From the IMG/VR virus record IMGVR_UViG_3300020042_001672, positions 1-32,415 of that record: a DNA stretch of 32,415 nucleotides, one strand, 5' to 3'. Made by a program: the position numbers and the translations under genes. Below, piece after piece: positions 7,131 to 16,221 of the stretch (position 1 is the first letter of the stretch; each line of letters begins with the position of its first letter). The notes under the pieces were generated by a model, which worked only from the letters and a program-made list of their open reading frames with translations, was not told where the DNA came from and ran no database searches. The stretch comes from a virus (Duplodnaviria > Caudoviricetes).

Positions 7131-7247
7131 AATTTTGTCCTTAATAAAATACAAGCAACATAGCTTGTGTGTATTATTGTGAAGAATTTTACATACAAAA
7201 GCAAGGAAGAAACATTTAGATTACCCTAATGAAAATACGGAGACATT

Positions 7248-7577
7248 ATGGAAGAGATTATAGATTTTGATGATAATAGTATGCTGGCACATACCCCAGA
7301 GGGTAAGTTGCTAACATGTATACTAACGCAAGCAGTAGAAGATGCTTTATATAGACACACACCTAATAGAACAGGTACTAAAAATATGAAGTATCAGCAT
7401 AAGATTAATTTTGAAAACAAAATAGATGCTATTAAATGGTTGTTTACTAATAGCGAATTATTAGATTCATGCTGTTTTATAGTTAATGTGCATAAAGATT
7501 CTATTAGGAAAAAGATTATAGATATAATAGGTGCAGATGTTATTCATCCTCTTGTTTATAATATTTACAAACCATAA
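7248..7577 (+). CDS. Hypothetical phage protein
   Basis: ORF track; GGAG RBS; 'ILTQAVEDA...AIKWLF' pattern seen in small phage proteins. Confidence 0.75.
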   Translation: MEEIIDFDDNSMLAHTPEGKLLTCILTQAVEDALYRHTPNRTGTKNMKYQHKINFENKIDAIKWLFTNSELLDSCCFIVNVHKDSIRKKIIDIIGADVIHPLVYNIYKP

Positions 7578-7966
7578 TGGATATGCACCTTACAGAGCAT
7601 GACGTTCATTGCATAGCCACAGCAGTCTATACAGAGGTCAATACTCAGTCATTAGAGGAGAAGCTAGGAGTCATTCATGTCATTGCTAATAGAGTTAGGT
7701 CTAAACGGTTTGGCAAAGACGCTTGCGAAGTTGTGTATGCTCGTGGGCAGTTTATAGGGGTAACGAACATGTTAAATGGCAAGCAAGCTAAACCTAACAA
7801 AAGAATGTTTTTAAAAACTAAGCTACTTGTACTTGACACATTGGTTTTTAAGAAGTATTCTAACCCCGTTGCGAATAGTCTTTATTTCCATGATGATAGT
7901 ATAGATATGAGATTTGTTTGGAATAAAAAGAAAGTAGTCCACATAGGAAGGATGGTATTTTATTAA
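7577..7966 (+). CDS. SleB-like cell wall hydrolase (Hydrolase_2)
   Basis: 'CIATAVYTE...VIHVIANRV...CEVVY..GQF...LYFH...IGRMVFY'. Confidence 0.85.
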   Translation: MDMHLTEHDVHCIATAVYTEVNTQSLEEKLGVIHVIANRVRSKRFGKDACEVVYARGQFIGVTNMLNGKQAKPNKRMFLKTKLLVLDTLVFKKYSNPVANSLYFHDDSIDMRFVWNKKKVVHIGRMVFY

Positions 7967-8196
7967 TGAAACCTATAGCATGGCTTGTAGAAGAGTTTGA
8001 CAGCACAGGGAAACTTGTATGGTCTGGGCTTATGTCGTCTGAACCTACAGAACTGTCATGGCTTAAAGACCTTAAATTGAAACTTCATAATGTAACTATT
8101 ACGCCACTTATTCCAGATACAAAGAATATTATTAAAGTCAATAACACAAAGAAATACAATAGTAAGTTATTAACGGAGGCTTACGGTGGCGATTAA
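7966..8196 (+). CDS. Hypothetical protein, 76 aa
   Basis: ORF track; TAATG coupling. Confidence 0.7.
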   Translation: MKPIAWLVEEFDSTGKLVWSGLMSSEPTELSWLKDLKLKLHNVTITPLIPDTKNIIKVNNTKKYNSKLLTEAYGGD

Positions 8197-8923
8197 ACCA
8201 AACTTATTTATAGCAACACCTATGTATGGCGGGCTATGTTATGGAACTTATTTAGAGTCTATGTTAAAGCTGCAAGCGTGGCTTAATGCTAAAGACATAG
8301 ACGCATACTTTTCATTTTTATACAATGAGAGCCTTATTACCAGAGGTCGCAATACTTTAGTAAATGATTTCTTAAAAAGCGACTCTACACATTTAATGTT
8401 TATTGATGCTGATATACAGTTTGAGGCAAAAGATTTATTAAAAATGATTGACTCTGACGTAGAAATTATATGTGGTCTTTACCCTAAGAAAGAAATTAAC
8501 TGGGGTGGTGTGGCTTATGCTATTGAAAAGAAAGTACCACAAGACCAACTTAAATACTTTACAGGTGAATATGTAGTCAACATGGTAGGTGATGTTAAGA
8601 AACAACTTGTGCCTTTAGATAAGCCATTTGAGATTAAACATGGTGGTACAGGCTTTATGTTAATTAAACGTGAGGTGTTTGATAAGCTAAAAGACAAGTG
8701 CCCATCTTATACACACAATATGAGTGATGTGAATGATAACTCTGATTTGGGTGACAAGGTTACAGAATACTTTACCACTAGCATTGATGAGCAAAATCAT
8801 TTGTTAAGTGAGGATTATCATTTCTGTAAACTAGCTAGGGACAATGGTATTAAGGTTTGGGGTGCAGCATGGGCTCAACTAGGTCACACAGGTACTTATC
8901 AATTTAGTGGCAGGCTTGTATGA
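8186..8923 (+). CDS. GT-A-fold glycosyltransferase-like protein (GTG start)
   Basis: 'FIATPMYGG', 'ESLITRGRN', DxD 'FIDADI', 'GTGFMLIKR', 'LSEDYHFC', 'LGHTG'. Confidence 0.8.
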   Translation: MAIKPNLFIATPMYGGLCYGTYLESMLKLQAWLNAKDIDAYFSFLYNESLITRGRNTLVNDFLKSDSTHLMFIDADIQFEAKDLLKMIDSDVEIICGLYPKKEINWGGVAYAIEKKVPQDQLKYFTGEYVVNMVGDVKKQLVPLDKPFEIKHGGTGFMLIKREVFDKLKDKCPSYTHNMSDVNDNSDLGDKVTEYFTTSIDEQNHLLSEDYHFCKLARDNGIKVWGAAWAQLGHTGTYQFSGRLV

Positions 8924-9501
8924 TAATACCTAATAACATGATTAGTCATGTAGGGAAGATATTTCAAGGTGAGTATGCTATAGGTGCTATGCCAAGTCCA
9001 TATATTATAGACATTGGTGCTAACGTAGGTGGGTTTGCAGTATGGGCACATGAGTACTTTGATAAGCCAAAGATAGATTGCTATGAGCCTATAAAAGAAA
9101 ACTATAATTTGTTAAGACAAAATACAGAAGGAACGGATATAGCCATTAGGAACTTTGCTATAGGCAAAGATGATGGTGAACGTCAGATGTATTATGGATT
9201 AAATAATTGTGGTGAAGCCAGTATGTTTGAAGGTGAAGAGCAAGCTAAAGAGGGTGAGTTAGTTAAGGTGATGAGTGCAAAGAACTTGCCACCATGCGAC
9301 ATTATGAAGATTGATACAGAGGGTGCAGAGATTGAGATACTTGAAAACCTAGTAAACTTTCCTATTATATTTTTAATAGAGTTTCATTCTGCATACAATA
9401 GACGTAGAATTGATGAATTATTACTTGACTATACGCTAATAGAGTGTACAATGCGAGGGTATAATTATGGAATACTTAAATATATTAGGGGTAACCTATG
9501 A
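8920..9501 (+). CDS. FkbM-family SAM-dependent methyltransferase
   Basis: 'IIDIGANVG', 'YEP', 'MKIDTEGAEIEIL', 'IEFH'. Confidence 0.88.
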   Translation: MIIPNNMISHVGKIFQGEYAIGAMPSPYIIDIGANVGGFAVWAHEYFDKPKIDCYEPIKENYNLLRQNTEGTDIAIRNFAIGKDDGERQMYYGLNNCGEASMFEGEEQAKEGELVKVMSAKNLPPCDIMKIDTEGAEIEILENLVNFPIIFLIEFHSAYNRRRIDELLLDYTLIECTMRGYNYGILKYIRGNL

Positions 9502-9602
9502 TTTATTTTTTGATGGCACCAGCAGTAATATTAATAGCAATGGTAATTGTAGCAATTATTCAAGTTGAAGTTAAACAATATATGGAGGATGATGATGGAT
9601 AA
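9498..9602 (+). CDS. Small membrane protein, 34 aa (MIYFLMAPAVILIAMVIVAIIQ...)
   Basis: Translated by hand; ATGA overlap with the methyltransferase stop; hydrophobic helix. Confidence 0.55.
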   Translation: MIYFLMAPAVILIAMVIVAIIQVEVKQYMEDDDG

Positions 9603-9867
9603 CGTGAACCACCCAAAGCATTATTTACAAGGCGGAATTGAAGCGATAGATGTTATTGCTAGTCGCTTGACGAAAGAAGAGTTTGTTGGATACCTTAAAG
9701 GTTGTAAGATGAAATACGACTTACGATACCCTTTTAAAGGCAATTTTGAGGAAGATTTGCAAAAGTCTGAATGGTATAAAAACAAACTATTAGAAATAGT
9801 TAAAGATGAAGACGCTATAAACCCACCTGAAGTTGAGGCTATTTTAGAGAGGTTTGATGATGAATAA
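9595..9867 (+). CDS. DUF3310 protein (T7 gp1.7-like nucleotide kinase family)
   Basis: 'DNVNHPKHY..GGIEAID...GYLKG..MKY..R...K...EDLQKSEWY'; GGAGG RBS. Confidence 0.85.
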   Translation: MDNVNHPKHYLQGGIEAIDVIASRLTKEEFVGYLKGCKMKYDLRYPFKGNFEEDLQKSEWYKNKLLEIVKDEDAINPPEVEAILERFDDE

Positions 9868-10012
9868 AATTCATTGGATATTTGTTGTGGTAATAGCTGC
9901 ATTGGCTATTTTTTATACAGAAAAATCTTTTAGCCAAACAACTACTATATTTGCACCTAATGGCACCGTAACTGTGTGTCAAATATATCAGGGTATAGTT
10001 GTTTGTGTATAG
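9860..10012 (+). CDS. Small exported or membrane-anchored protein, 50 aa (MNKIHWIFVVVIAALAIF...VCQIYQGIVVCV)
   Basis: Translated by hand; GAGG RBS; signal-peptide-like N-terminus; two Cys. Confidence 0.6.
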   Translation: MNKIHWIFVVVIAALAIFYTEKSFSQTTTIFAPNGTVTVCQIYQGIVVCV

Positions 10013-10073
10013 GTAGGTATCAACTTACAAAGATAATGCGTCCTAGACCCCTTAGCAAGCGTTAAACAGGCAT

Positions 10074-10241
10074 TTAATCGTCTAGTTCTGGTACTTCAGA
10101 GTAAACGGATAAGCCTTCTCCACTAATTTCTATATGGCTACCGTCATCTAAAACTATAATAAGCACGTCTTCCCCGTAATAGGCTTCTGCTTCTACTACC
10201 ATTTTGCCTACCATGTGCTCACATAATTGCTGAATATTCAT
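10074..10241 (-). CDS. Hypothetical acidic protein (probable start MNIQQL)
   Basis: C-terminal part of ORF 10074..10325; AAGGA RBS before ATG 10241. Confidence 0.65.
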   Translation of the reverse strand: MNIQQLCEHMVGKMVVEAEAYYGEDVLIIVLDDGSHIEISGEGLSVYSEVPELDD

Positions 10242-10249
10242 TATTTTCC

Positions 10250-10987
10250 TTATATGCTGATAACTGATTCTTTGGACAACTGTTCCGCTTTTGCTGCTCG
10301 ACTCCATGTCCCACATTGCTGGCATTGAAACCTCTGATAATGTCTAGTTGTAGTAATAGCAGTACCACGCTTTTGTAATTTGCTAGAACCGCAATTTGGA
10401 CAACAAACACTTGCGGAATACGCATTATGATTAGGATGGTGTTTAATCCAACCTTTAAACTTATCATAAACCTTCTCTAACAGAACAACATCGTTTTTAT
10501 TGTACTCTTCCATAGTTTTCCATGCCTTACGATCATCATTCATACACTTAACCCATAAAGTATGACCTTCATGTTCTGTCTTACCACCTAGCCCTAAAGC
10601 TTGTGCAACATAATCTAGTTTGTTAGAAACAAACCTGAACTGTCTTCTTGCTACTTGTAATAAATCTATCTGTTTAGAGGGTGCTGGTGGTGGCATACCA
10701 GAGAGTAAGAATTCTTTGTGTAGTATGGGTATGTCAAACCTAGAACCGTTGTAGTGGACAATGGCATCGGCTTCGTCAAGAAGTTTATGCACAGAGTCTA
10801 GCATCTTTTGTTTACCAGATTTTTGGATAGAGTCAAACATAATTTTAGATTCACCGTACCACTTGGCTGCATAGCAGAGGGTGTAAGATGATTCTAGTAA
10901 TTGGTTTATAGAGATGTTCTGGTCAAAGATACCCCAGACATGAGCAGTATTTGGTGCTACTTCTATATCAATAAGTAATATTTTCAT
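10250..10987 (-). CDS. DEDD 3'-5' exonuclease (RNase H-like/YprB/PolB-exo type) with C-terminal Zn ribbon
   Basis: 'LLIDIE', 'YNGSRFDIP', 'YNKNDV' Exo I-III motifs; CPNC...CQQC. Confidence 0.85.
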   Translation of the reverse strand: MKILLIDIEVAPNTAHVWGIFDQNISINQLLESSYTLCYAAKWYGESKIMFDSIQKSGKQKMLDSVHKLLDEADAIVHYNGSRFDIPILHKEFLLSGMPPPAPSKQIDLLQVARRQFRFVSNKLDYVAQALGLGGKTEHEGHTLWVKCMNDDRKAWKTMEEYNKNDVVLLEKVYDKFKGWIKHHPNHNAYSASVCCPNCGSSKLQKRGTAITTTRHYQRFQCQQCGTWSRAAKAEQLSKESVISI

Positions 10988-11021
10988 ATTAACCTTTGGT
11001 TATGAGTTTACCTATTATATA

Positions 11022-11411
11022 CTATAAAATAGTAATAGATGCAGTTTTATCTTCTTTAAGTTTATTAAAGAATACATCGTATGCTAGTTTAGAATTACCT
11101 ATAAAGTCTTTACCTGCATAGGTATGACCTAATAGGATACATCCATCTGTGTCTTTAGAGGTATTGCCAGCATGTATTCTTACGCCTGTAAAATTAGGTA
11201 CATTAAGAATGTGTGGCATTGGTTTGCCAAAACGAACAGAGTCATCAATAATAACATCGTAAGTTCCAGCAGGAATAGCTGTTTTGCCATTTACCTTTTT
11301 ACCTTCTCTGACTACATCTTCTAGGGTGTAACAGAAATAAACATTGTTGATATACATTCTACCTACAGTATAGGTATCATTGAATTCATATCTTTTTACT
11401 TCAATCAACAT
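11022..11411 (-). CDS. DUF5675-family protein, probable endolysin
   Basis: 'CYTLED...TAIPAGTY...VPNFTGVRIHAGN...DTDGCILLG'; downstream of holin-like genes. Confidence 0.75.
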   Translation of the reverse strand: MLIEVKRYEFNDTYTVGRMYINNVYFCYTLEDVVREGKKVNGKTAIPAGTYDVIIDDSVRFGKPMPHILNVPNFTGVRIHAGNTSKDTDGCILLGHTYAGKDFIGNSKLAYDVFFNKLKEDKTASITIL

Positions 11412-11559
11412 TTTTGTCTATATGTGTAAGTGCTTTAGTTAAAATTTGCATAGCCATCATAAATAAAATAGAGAATCCCATAGCTACAAATAACAAAGCA
11501 ACAACAATAAATTTAAGTATAAATAAACCAATAAAATTAAGGATGTTTAAGACTATCAT
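11401..11559 (-). CDS. Small membrane protein, 52 aa, in the lysis cassette
   Basis: Translated by hand (MIVLNILNFIGLFILKFIVVALLFVAMGFSILFMMAMQ...); ATGA overlap with the upstream gene. Confidence 0.6.
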   Translation of the reverse strand: MIVLNILNFIGLFILKFIVVALLFVAMGFSILFMMAMQILTKALTHIDKNVD

Positions 11560-11942
11560 TTTTTAAGTGTCAGGTACATTCTTTCGCCAATCACAAAAGA
11601 CATACAAGCTCCAGTCATGTCAAGGAATACTGCAACTACAGTAGCACCTACAATGTCAGGGTTGAATACTACAATAGCAGTAAACACCATGATAGCACTA
11701 ATAATGATGTATCTCAATGAAGCACGAAGGTCTACTATCCATTTAGAAGGTTCACCAGTAGGACTATCTAATGCAGCTAAAGCCTGTAGTTTTTCTGCTT
11801 CTGCTTTCATAAGCTCTATACGTTCTGCTATGTTCTGTGGTTGTCCACCTGCACCGCCTGTAAACTTTGCAATAAGACCTCTAGCTCCGTCAGCAAATGC
11901 TGGGACTAAAGCAGGTAAGATTAAACTAATTAAATTAAACAT
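11556..11942 (-). CDS. Holin-like membrane protein (3TM holin type)
   Basis: Hydrophobic N-terminus, 'SKWIVDLRASLRY', two C-terminal TM helices, 'FVIGER'. Confidence 0.7.
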   Translation of the reverse strand: MFNLISLILPALVPAFADGARGLIAKFTGGAGGQPQNIAERIELMKAEAEKLQALAALDSPTGEPSKWIVDLRASLRYIIISAIMVFTAIVVFNPDIVGATVVAVFLDMTGACMSFVIGERMYLTLKK

Positions 11943-11951
11943 TAAAGCTCC

Positions 11952-12455
11952 TTAAAATTGTTTATTTATTTCAAACCCCATTGACCTATCATAAGGATTA
12001 ATACTGCCAAATAATTTTAGTAAAACATTATCTTCTAATTGTTTTTGATAAGCTGCATTTGCAGCCAATCCAGTAGCATCATATTGACCGCCAATAGTTC
12101 CTCTACCCCCTGCAATATCTGTTGAATACTGTCCGCTAACATTAGGATTATTACCACCCATAATTTGAGCTTTAATATCATTAGTAATATATTCTGCATA
12201 AGGCGAAGTATTGCCTTCGGTATTTAATAAACCACCTCTAAAATTATCTTTAGTGACAGCATAATCTCTATAAGATGGTTGATTAACTTCTTTACCAATA
12301 GTAGCACTTAATAACCCAACAGGAGTTTCTGTTGCAGCATTAACATTGCCACCTAATTGAGGTGAGGTATAAGCATTTAAGTTTAAATTTTCATTGCCTA
12401 TAGTAGTCTGTTGTGGCATTAAATTATATTGTTTTAAAAATTCGTCTACAGTCAT
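11952..12455 (-). CDS. Hypothetical protein, beta-strand-rich, ending in ...MGFEINKQF
   Basis: ORF track; TAATG-coupled to the upstream gene. Confidence 0.7.
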   Translation of the reverse strand: MTVDEFLKQYNLMPQQTTIGNENLNLNAYTSPQLGGNVNAATETPVGLLSATIGKEVNQPSYRDYAVTKDNFRGGLLNTEGNTSPYAEYITNDIKAQIMGGNNPNVSGQYSTDIAGGRGTIGGQYDATGLAANAAYQKQLEDNVLLKLFGSINPYDRSMGFEINKQF

Positions 12456-12814
12456 TACAATTCCTTTGGGTCAAAGCCTAGATGATTGGCTACACGCTTT
12501 TGTAGTTTTAAGAATAAGCCTTTATGGCTACAGTATCTATCAGTTTTAGGTGAATCAAGATATACGCACATGTGTATGATTTCATGCGTTAGAGTCATCA
12601 AGACTGGATACAAATGAGTATGACGTGCTGTGCTAATGGTAATAATATGTGGCTCACCTGATTGTGGTGGTTCGTATTGTCCACACATACTGTCATCATG
12701 CACAATTACAAAGTCTACTTTAGATGCAGGCGGAAGTTTATACTCGTCAAAAACAGGAAACTCTATTAAAGCCGAATAAAGATTAGCTATGTTGTTCTCT
12801 GTAATAAATGTCAT
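12455..12814 (-). CDS. SprT-like zinc metalloprotease
   Basis: 'TLTHEIIH' HExxH motif plus a downstream H...F. Confidence 0.75.
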   Translation of the reverse strand: MTFITENNIANLYSALIEFPVFDEYKLPPASKVDFVIVHDDSMCGQYEPPQSGEPHIITISTARHTHLYPVLMTLTHEIIHMCVYLDSPKTDRYCSHKGLFLKLQKRVANHLGFDPKEL

Positions 12815-13140
12815 ATCGTGGCTTTAGGTTGGAATAGTTTAGCGTCAAATACTGCTGTTTGGTTTATCTCTGGAAAGTAAATGTAGACTGCTTGCTTGCC
12901 TTCATAGTTATCAGACTTCCAACAACCTTCATGATTAGGATGACCTCTGTCAGTTGCATAAGCAGCGTATTCATAACCTTGTAAACCTTGTTTTGTAAAA
13001 ATACATTCTTTTGTGGTTAATACTATTTCACCTGCTTCTGTAGCCATGCTCATTTCTTTTGGAAGCTCTTTAGCTTCTGCGTAATCATAAAGAAACACCC
13101 ACAGCAATAATAAAGTAATTGCCATGAGTAATTGTTTCAT
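12811..13140 (-). CDS. Exported protein with signal peptide
   Basis: MKQLLMAITLLLLWVFL...AEA cleavage-like site; two Cys. Confidence 0.7.
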   Translation of the reverse strand: MKQLLMAITLLLLWVFLYDYAEAKELPKEMSMATEAGEIVLTTKECIFTKQGLQGYEYAAYATDRGHPNHEGCWKSDNYEGKQAVYIYFPEINQTAVFDAKLFQPKATI

Positions 13141-13141
13141 T

Positions 13142-13348
13142 TTATTTTCCTATCCAATGATTAACAATAAATGTTATAAAGCCACCTATAGCAGAGGCAA
13201 TTGCCATGCCTGCCCAGAAGCCACCTTTAGACTTGTTTGCAAGCTCTAGGAGAGACTTTATATCTGTTTCCATGCTATCTACCTTGTCTTGCAGGGATTG
13301 AACTTGTGCGGTTAATTTGCCGTACTCAAATGGGTCTATATTACTCAT
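13142..13348 (-). CDS. Coiled-coil plus C-terminal TM protein (XhlA/holin-like)
   Basis: Heptad stretch followed by 'KGGFWAGMAIASAIGGFITFIV'. Confidence 0.7.
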   Translation of the reverse strand: MSNIDPFEYGKLTAQVQSLQDKVDSMETDIKSLLELANKSKGGFWAGMAIASAIGGFITFIVNHWIGK

Positions 13349-13356
13349 TATTGTCC

Positions 13357-16218
13357 TTATGAATATTTCTTTTTACGTTGTTCTGCTTCATACTTTTCAA
13401 GTCCACCACCAAAAAAGTTATGTATAGCCCAACCTACTAATGGTATTTTACTAGGAGTTTTATATTTATAATTTTCTTTGCCTGACAAATAACCTATTGC
13501 ATCTTCTATAGGTGCAGTTATAATATCTAATGGAGGAGCAACTGTTCTAATTGCTGCTTCACCAATCTTACCTTGAGAAAGATATTTGTCATATAAGAAT
13601 TTAGAACCACCAAATAATTTAAGCACGTTAAATGCAAACTCATCTGGTATATCTTCTAAATTAATATCTTTACCTTCAATTAATTTTTTAAACTGTTCTA
13701 CAGTAGTATTTGAACCAGCTACAAGAGTAAGGTATGATGTTGCATTTTTAGCTGCTTGTTTTTTATTGCCAGTTTTATATACATCATAAATGTTTTTTTT
13801 CATTACATCTAATTGTTTAATTGTAAATGATTTAAGTGCATACAAAATTCTACCATTAGGGCTTTCAAGATATTGTCTTGGAAGTTGAGACAATGTAATA
13901 GGCTGTACTTCAGCTAATTCATTAAACAAATAATACTTTACATTATCTGTAATATTACCTTGTTGTAAATCTTTAGCAAAGCTATCAAACTCATCGCCAA
14001 GAACATTTCCATATTTGCCACGCAGTTTTGCTAAACCTTTTTCATTTTTAGATAATGCTCGTGCATTATTAAGAGCTGCATTAATAAATGTTTCTTTACC
14101 AAGTCTGTCAATTGTTCTAAATCCAGATATTGTAAATAATTGATTAAGTAATTTAGATGTACCTTTAGCTGTGCTTAATTCAGCAGAAATAGTATCAAGA
14201 CCTAAATCTTTAATAGTAACTGTTTTACTTCCAACTAAACTTCTAATAGAATTAATATTGCCATTAATAAAATTACTTGTACCTACATCGCCTAACTGTG
14301 TAATAGCTGATTTAGGATTAGCAATAGTAGCAGCATAGATAATATCTTTAGCTGTTTTTACAATCTTGCTAGGAGAACGTTCTCCCATATTAAATCTTGC
14401 ACGCAATAGTGCAGTAACCTCATCACCACTACCGCCAAGAGTATCTAAATCTTTTGCTATTAAACTGCCAATAGATGAATCTAAATTTAATGTTTTGCCA
14501 TTGTCTATAACAGCATTTTTACCAAAGAATTTATTCTTTTCAATGTTGTTAATAGAAGACCTAATATAGTTTTCTAAACTCTCTATAGGTGAAGCATAGT
14601 ATGGAAGTATTCTTTCATCTACTTGTGATACTGTTCTAGATTTAGTAAAGTATGGTTTACCAGATGCAGACTTTTGTCCATACCCTCTTAAATATTTATT
14701 AATAGTATCTGCTATTTGTTCATCAGTTAAATCTTGTCTAGCTACTTTAAGTGTGTTGGCTTTATTAACAAGTAAAGATTCAACTTGACCTTTTTGTTTT
14801 ACACCTATTTCTTTATAAAATCCTTCTAAATCATTTACTCTTCTAGGAAAGTAATTAGATTCATACCCTAAATTTTTATATCCAGAGTCTTTTAGTTCTT
14901 GGTATAAACTTTTTAAAGCATTTTCTACTTTATTAAAACTTTCAATAGACTCTGGTGCAACAGTTTTTAATGTATTTCTAACGCCATTAAAATTACCATT
15001 AAACAAATCAAGAGATAATTTATTTGCAATAGAAGCATCAAACTTTACAATAGTAGATAAAAATGGAGTTACTTCATTTAAATATTGTTGAGTTCTATTA
15101 TGTATATTAAATTCATAACGACCTAATCTATTTGCTATAGGTTCTGCTATTGTTTTTAATCTGCTTTGAATAGGCTCAAGTAGTTTAGAAAATAAAGATG
15201 GGTCTTTGTATTGACTTAACTTTTTAAGTTGTGTAAGTGCTTGTGCTTCTTCTATTGTTTTAGGAATTGAAATTGGTTTATTAAGCGTGCTAGATGCTTT
15301 GTTTAATGTAGCATCATCTATACCAAGTCTTTGTAAAACATAAGGTTTAATATCTTGTGCAGGAATACCTTTGACTACAGCATCTGCTGACTCTAACTCA
15401 TAATTATCTAATACATCATTGTATTGTTTTAATTTAGCTGATTGACCAAAACGTTCAGATGTTTTTTCTATTACTTTAGATATAGGAGACGTAACAATTT
15501 CAGCAGCTTTAGATACTCCTTTAGCTATTGGAGCTGCAACGCTTTCTGCACCTTGAATAACTTGACCTACTACTGGGATTTCTCTTGGTCTAAATGTAGA
15601 CGGTATATTGCGTGCACCTTTTAGAAATCTTAAACTAGCTAGTGCTTCTAATTCACCAAGCATAGGAAGTCCTTCTATACCAGATTGCTGAATAACTTCT
15701 GGAATAGCTTGTACAATTTCTTGACCAGCTATAGTTCTAGGGTCATAACCATATCTAGTTCCTTCTTCAAAACCTAAATTATCTTGAGTCATTTCCCCAC
15801 GAACTGCTTTACCAGCCACGCCAGATAATCCACCAAGAAGTTTGCCAGCTACAGAAAGAGGTGCTTCTGCTGCCCCTATTAATTTAGAGCCAATACCTTC
15901 TTGTGCTTTAGCTATATCATAAGCACTACGTTCAGCTTGTCGTTGTCCTCTAAATTGCAATACATTTTCTGGTGGCATGTCTTCAGGTATACCACGAATA
16001 TCTGTTAAACCTTTTGCATAACTTTCTTTTAGCTTATCTTGAGGAGCAGGTTCTTTAGATTGTTCTATTCTAGATATTAAATGCTTAACAATCTCTTCGT
16101 CAGAATAACCTTCTTTTTGTGCACCTTGCAAATTAAATTTATTTTGTTGAGAAAGATGGTTTGCAATATCAGAATAAGAATAGCCTTCTTTCAAAGCTCC
16201 TTCTAAATTAAATGCCAT
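13357..16218 (-). CDS. Large internal virion / DNA ejection protein
   Basis: 953 aa, helical; last of the ejection-protein cluster in podovirus gene order; duplicated N-terminal 'FNL.GA.KEGYS' motif. Confidence 0.65.
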   Translation of the reverse strand: MAFNLEGALKEGYSYSDIANHLSQQNKFNLQGAQKEGYSDEEIVKHLISRIEQSKEPAPQDKLKESYAKGLTDIRGIPEDMPPENVLQFRGQRQAERSAYDIAKAQEGIGSKLIGAAEAPLSVAGKLLGGLSGVAGKAVRGEMTQDNLGFEEGTRYGYDPRTIAGQEIVQAIPEVIQQSGIEGLPMLGELEALASLRFLKGARNIPSTFRPREIPVVGQVIQGAESVAAPIAKGVSKAAEIVTSPISKVIEKTSERFGQSAKLKQYNDVLDNYELESADAVVKGIPAQDIKPYVLQRLGIDDATLNKASSTLNKPISIPKTIEEAQALTQLKKLSQYKDPSLFSKLLEPIQSRLKTIAEPIANRLGRYEFNIHNRTQQYLNEVTPFLSTIVKFDASIANKLSLDLFNGNFNGVRNTLKTVAPESIESFNKVENALKSLYQELKDSGYKNLGYESNYFPRRVNDLEGFYKEIGVKQKGQVESLLVNKANTLKVARQDLTDEQIADTINKYLRGYGQKSASGKPYFTKSRTVSQVDERILPYYASPIESLENYIRSSINNIEKNKFFGKNAVIDNGKTLNLDSSIGSLIAKDLDTLGGSGDEVTALLRARFNMGERSPSKIVKTAKDIIYAATIANPKSAITQLGDVGTSNFINGNINSIRSLVGSKTVTIKDLGLDTISAELSTAKGTSKLLNQLFTISGFRTIDRLGKETFINAALNNARALSKNEKGLAKLRGKYGNVLGDEFDSFAKDLQQGNITDNVKYYLFNELAEVQPITLSQLPRQYLESPNGRILYALKSFTIKQLDVMKKNIYDVYKTGNKKQAAKNATSYLTLVAGSNTTVEQFKKLIEGKDINLEDIPDEFAFNVLKLFGGSKFLYDKYLSQGKIGEAAIRTVAPPLDIITAPIEDAIGYLSGKENYKYKTPSKIPLVGWAIHNFFGGGLEKYEAEQRKKKYS

Positions 16219-16221
16219 GAA

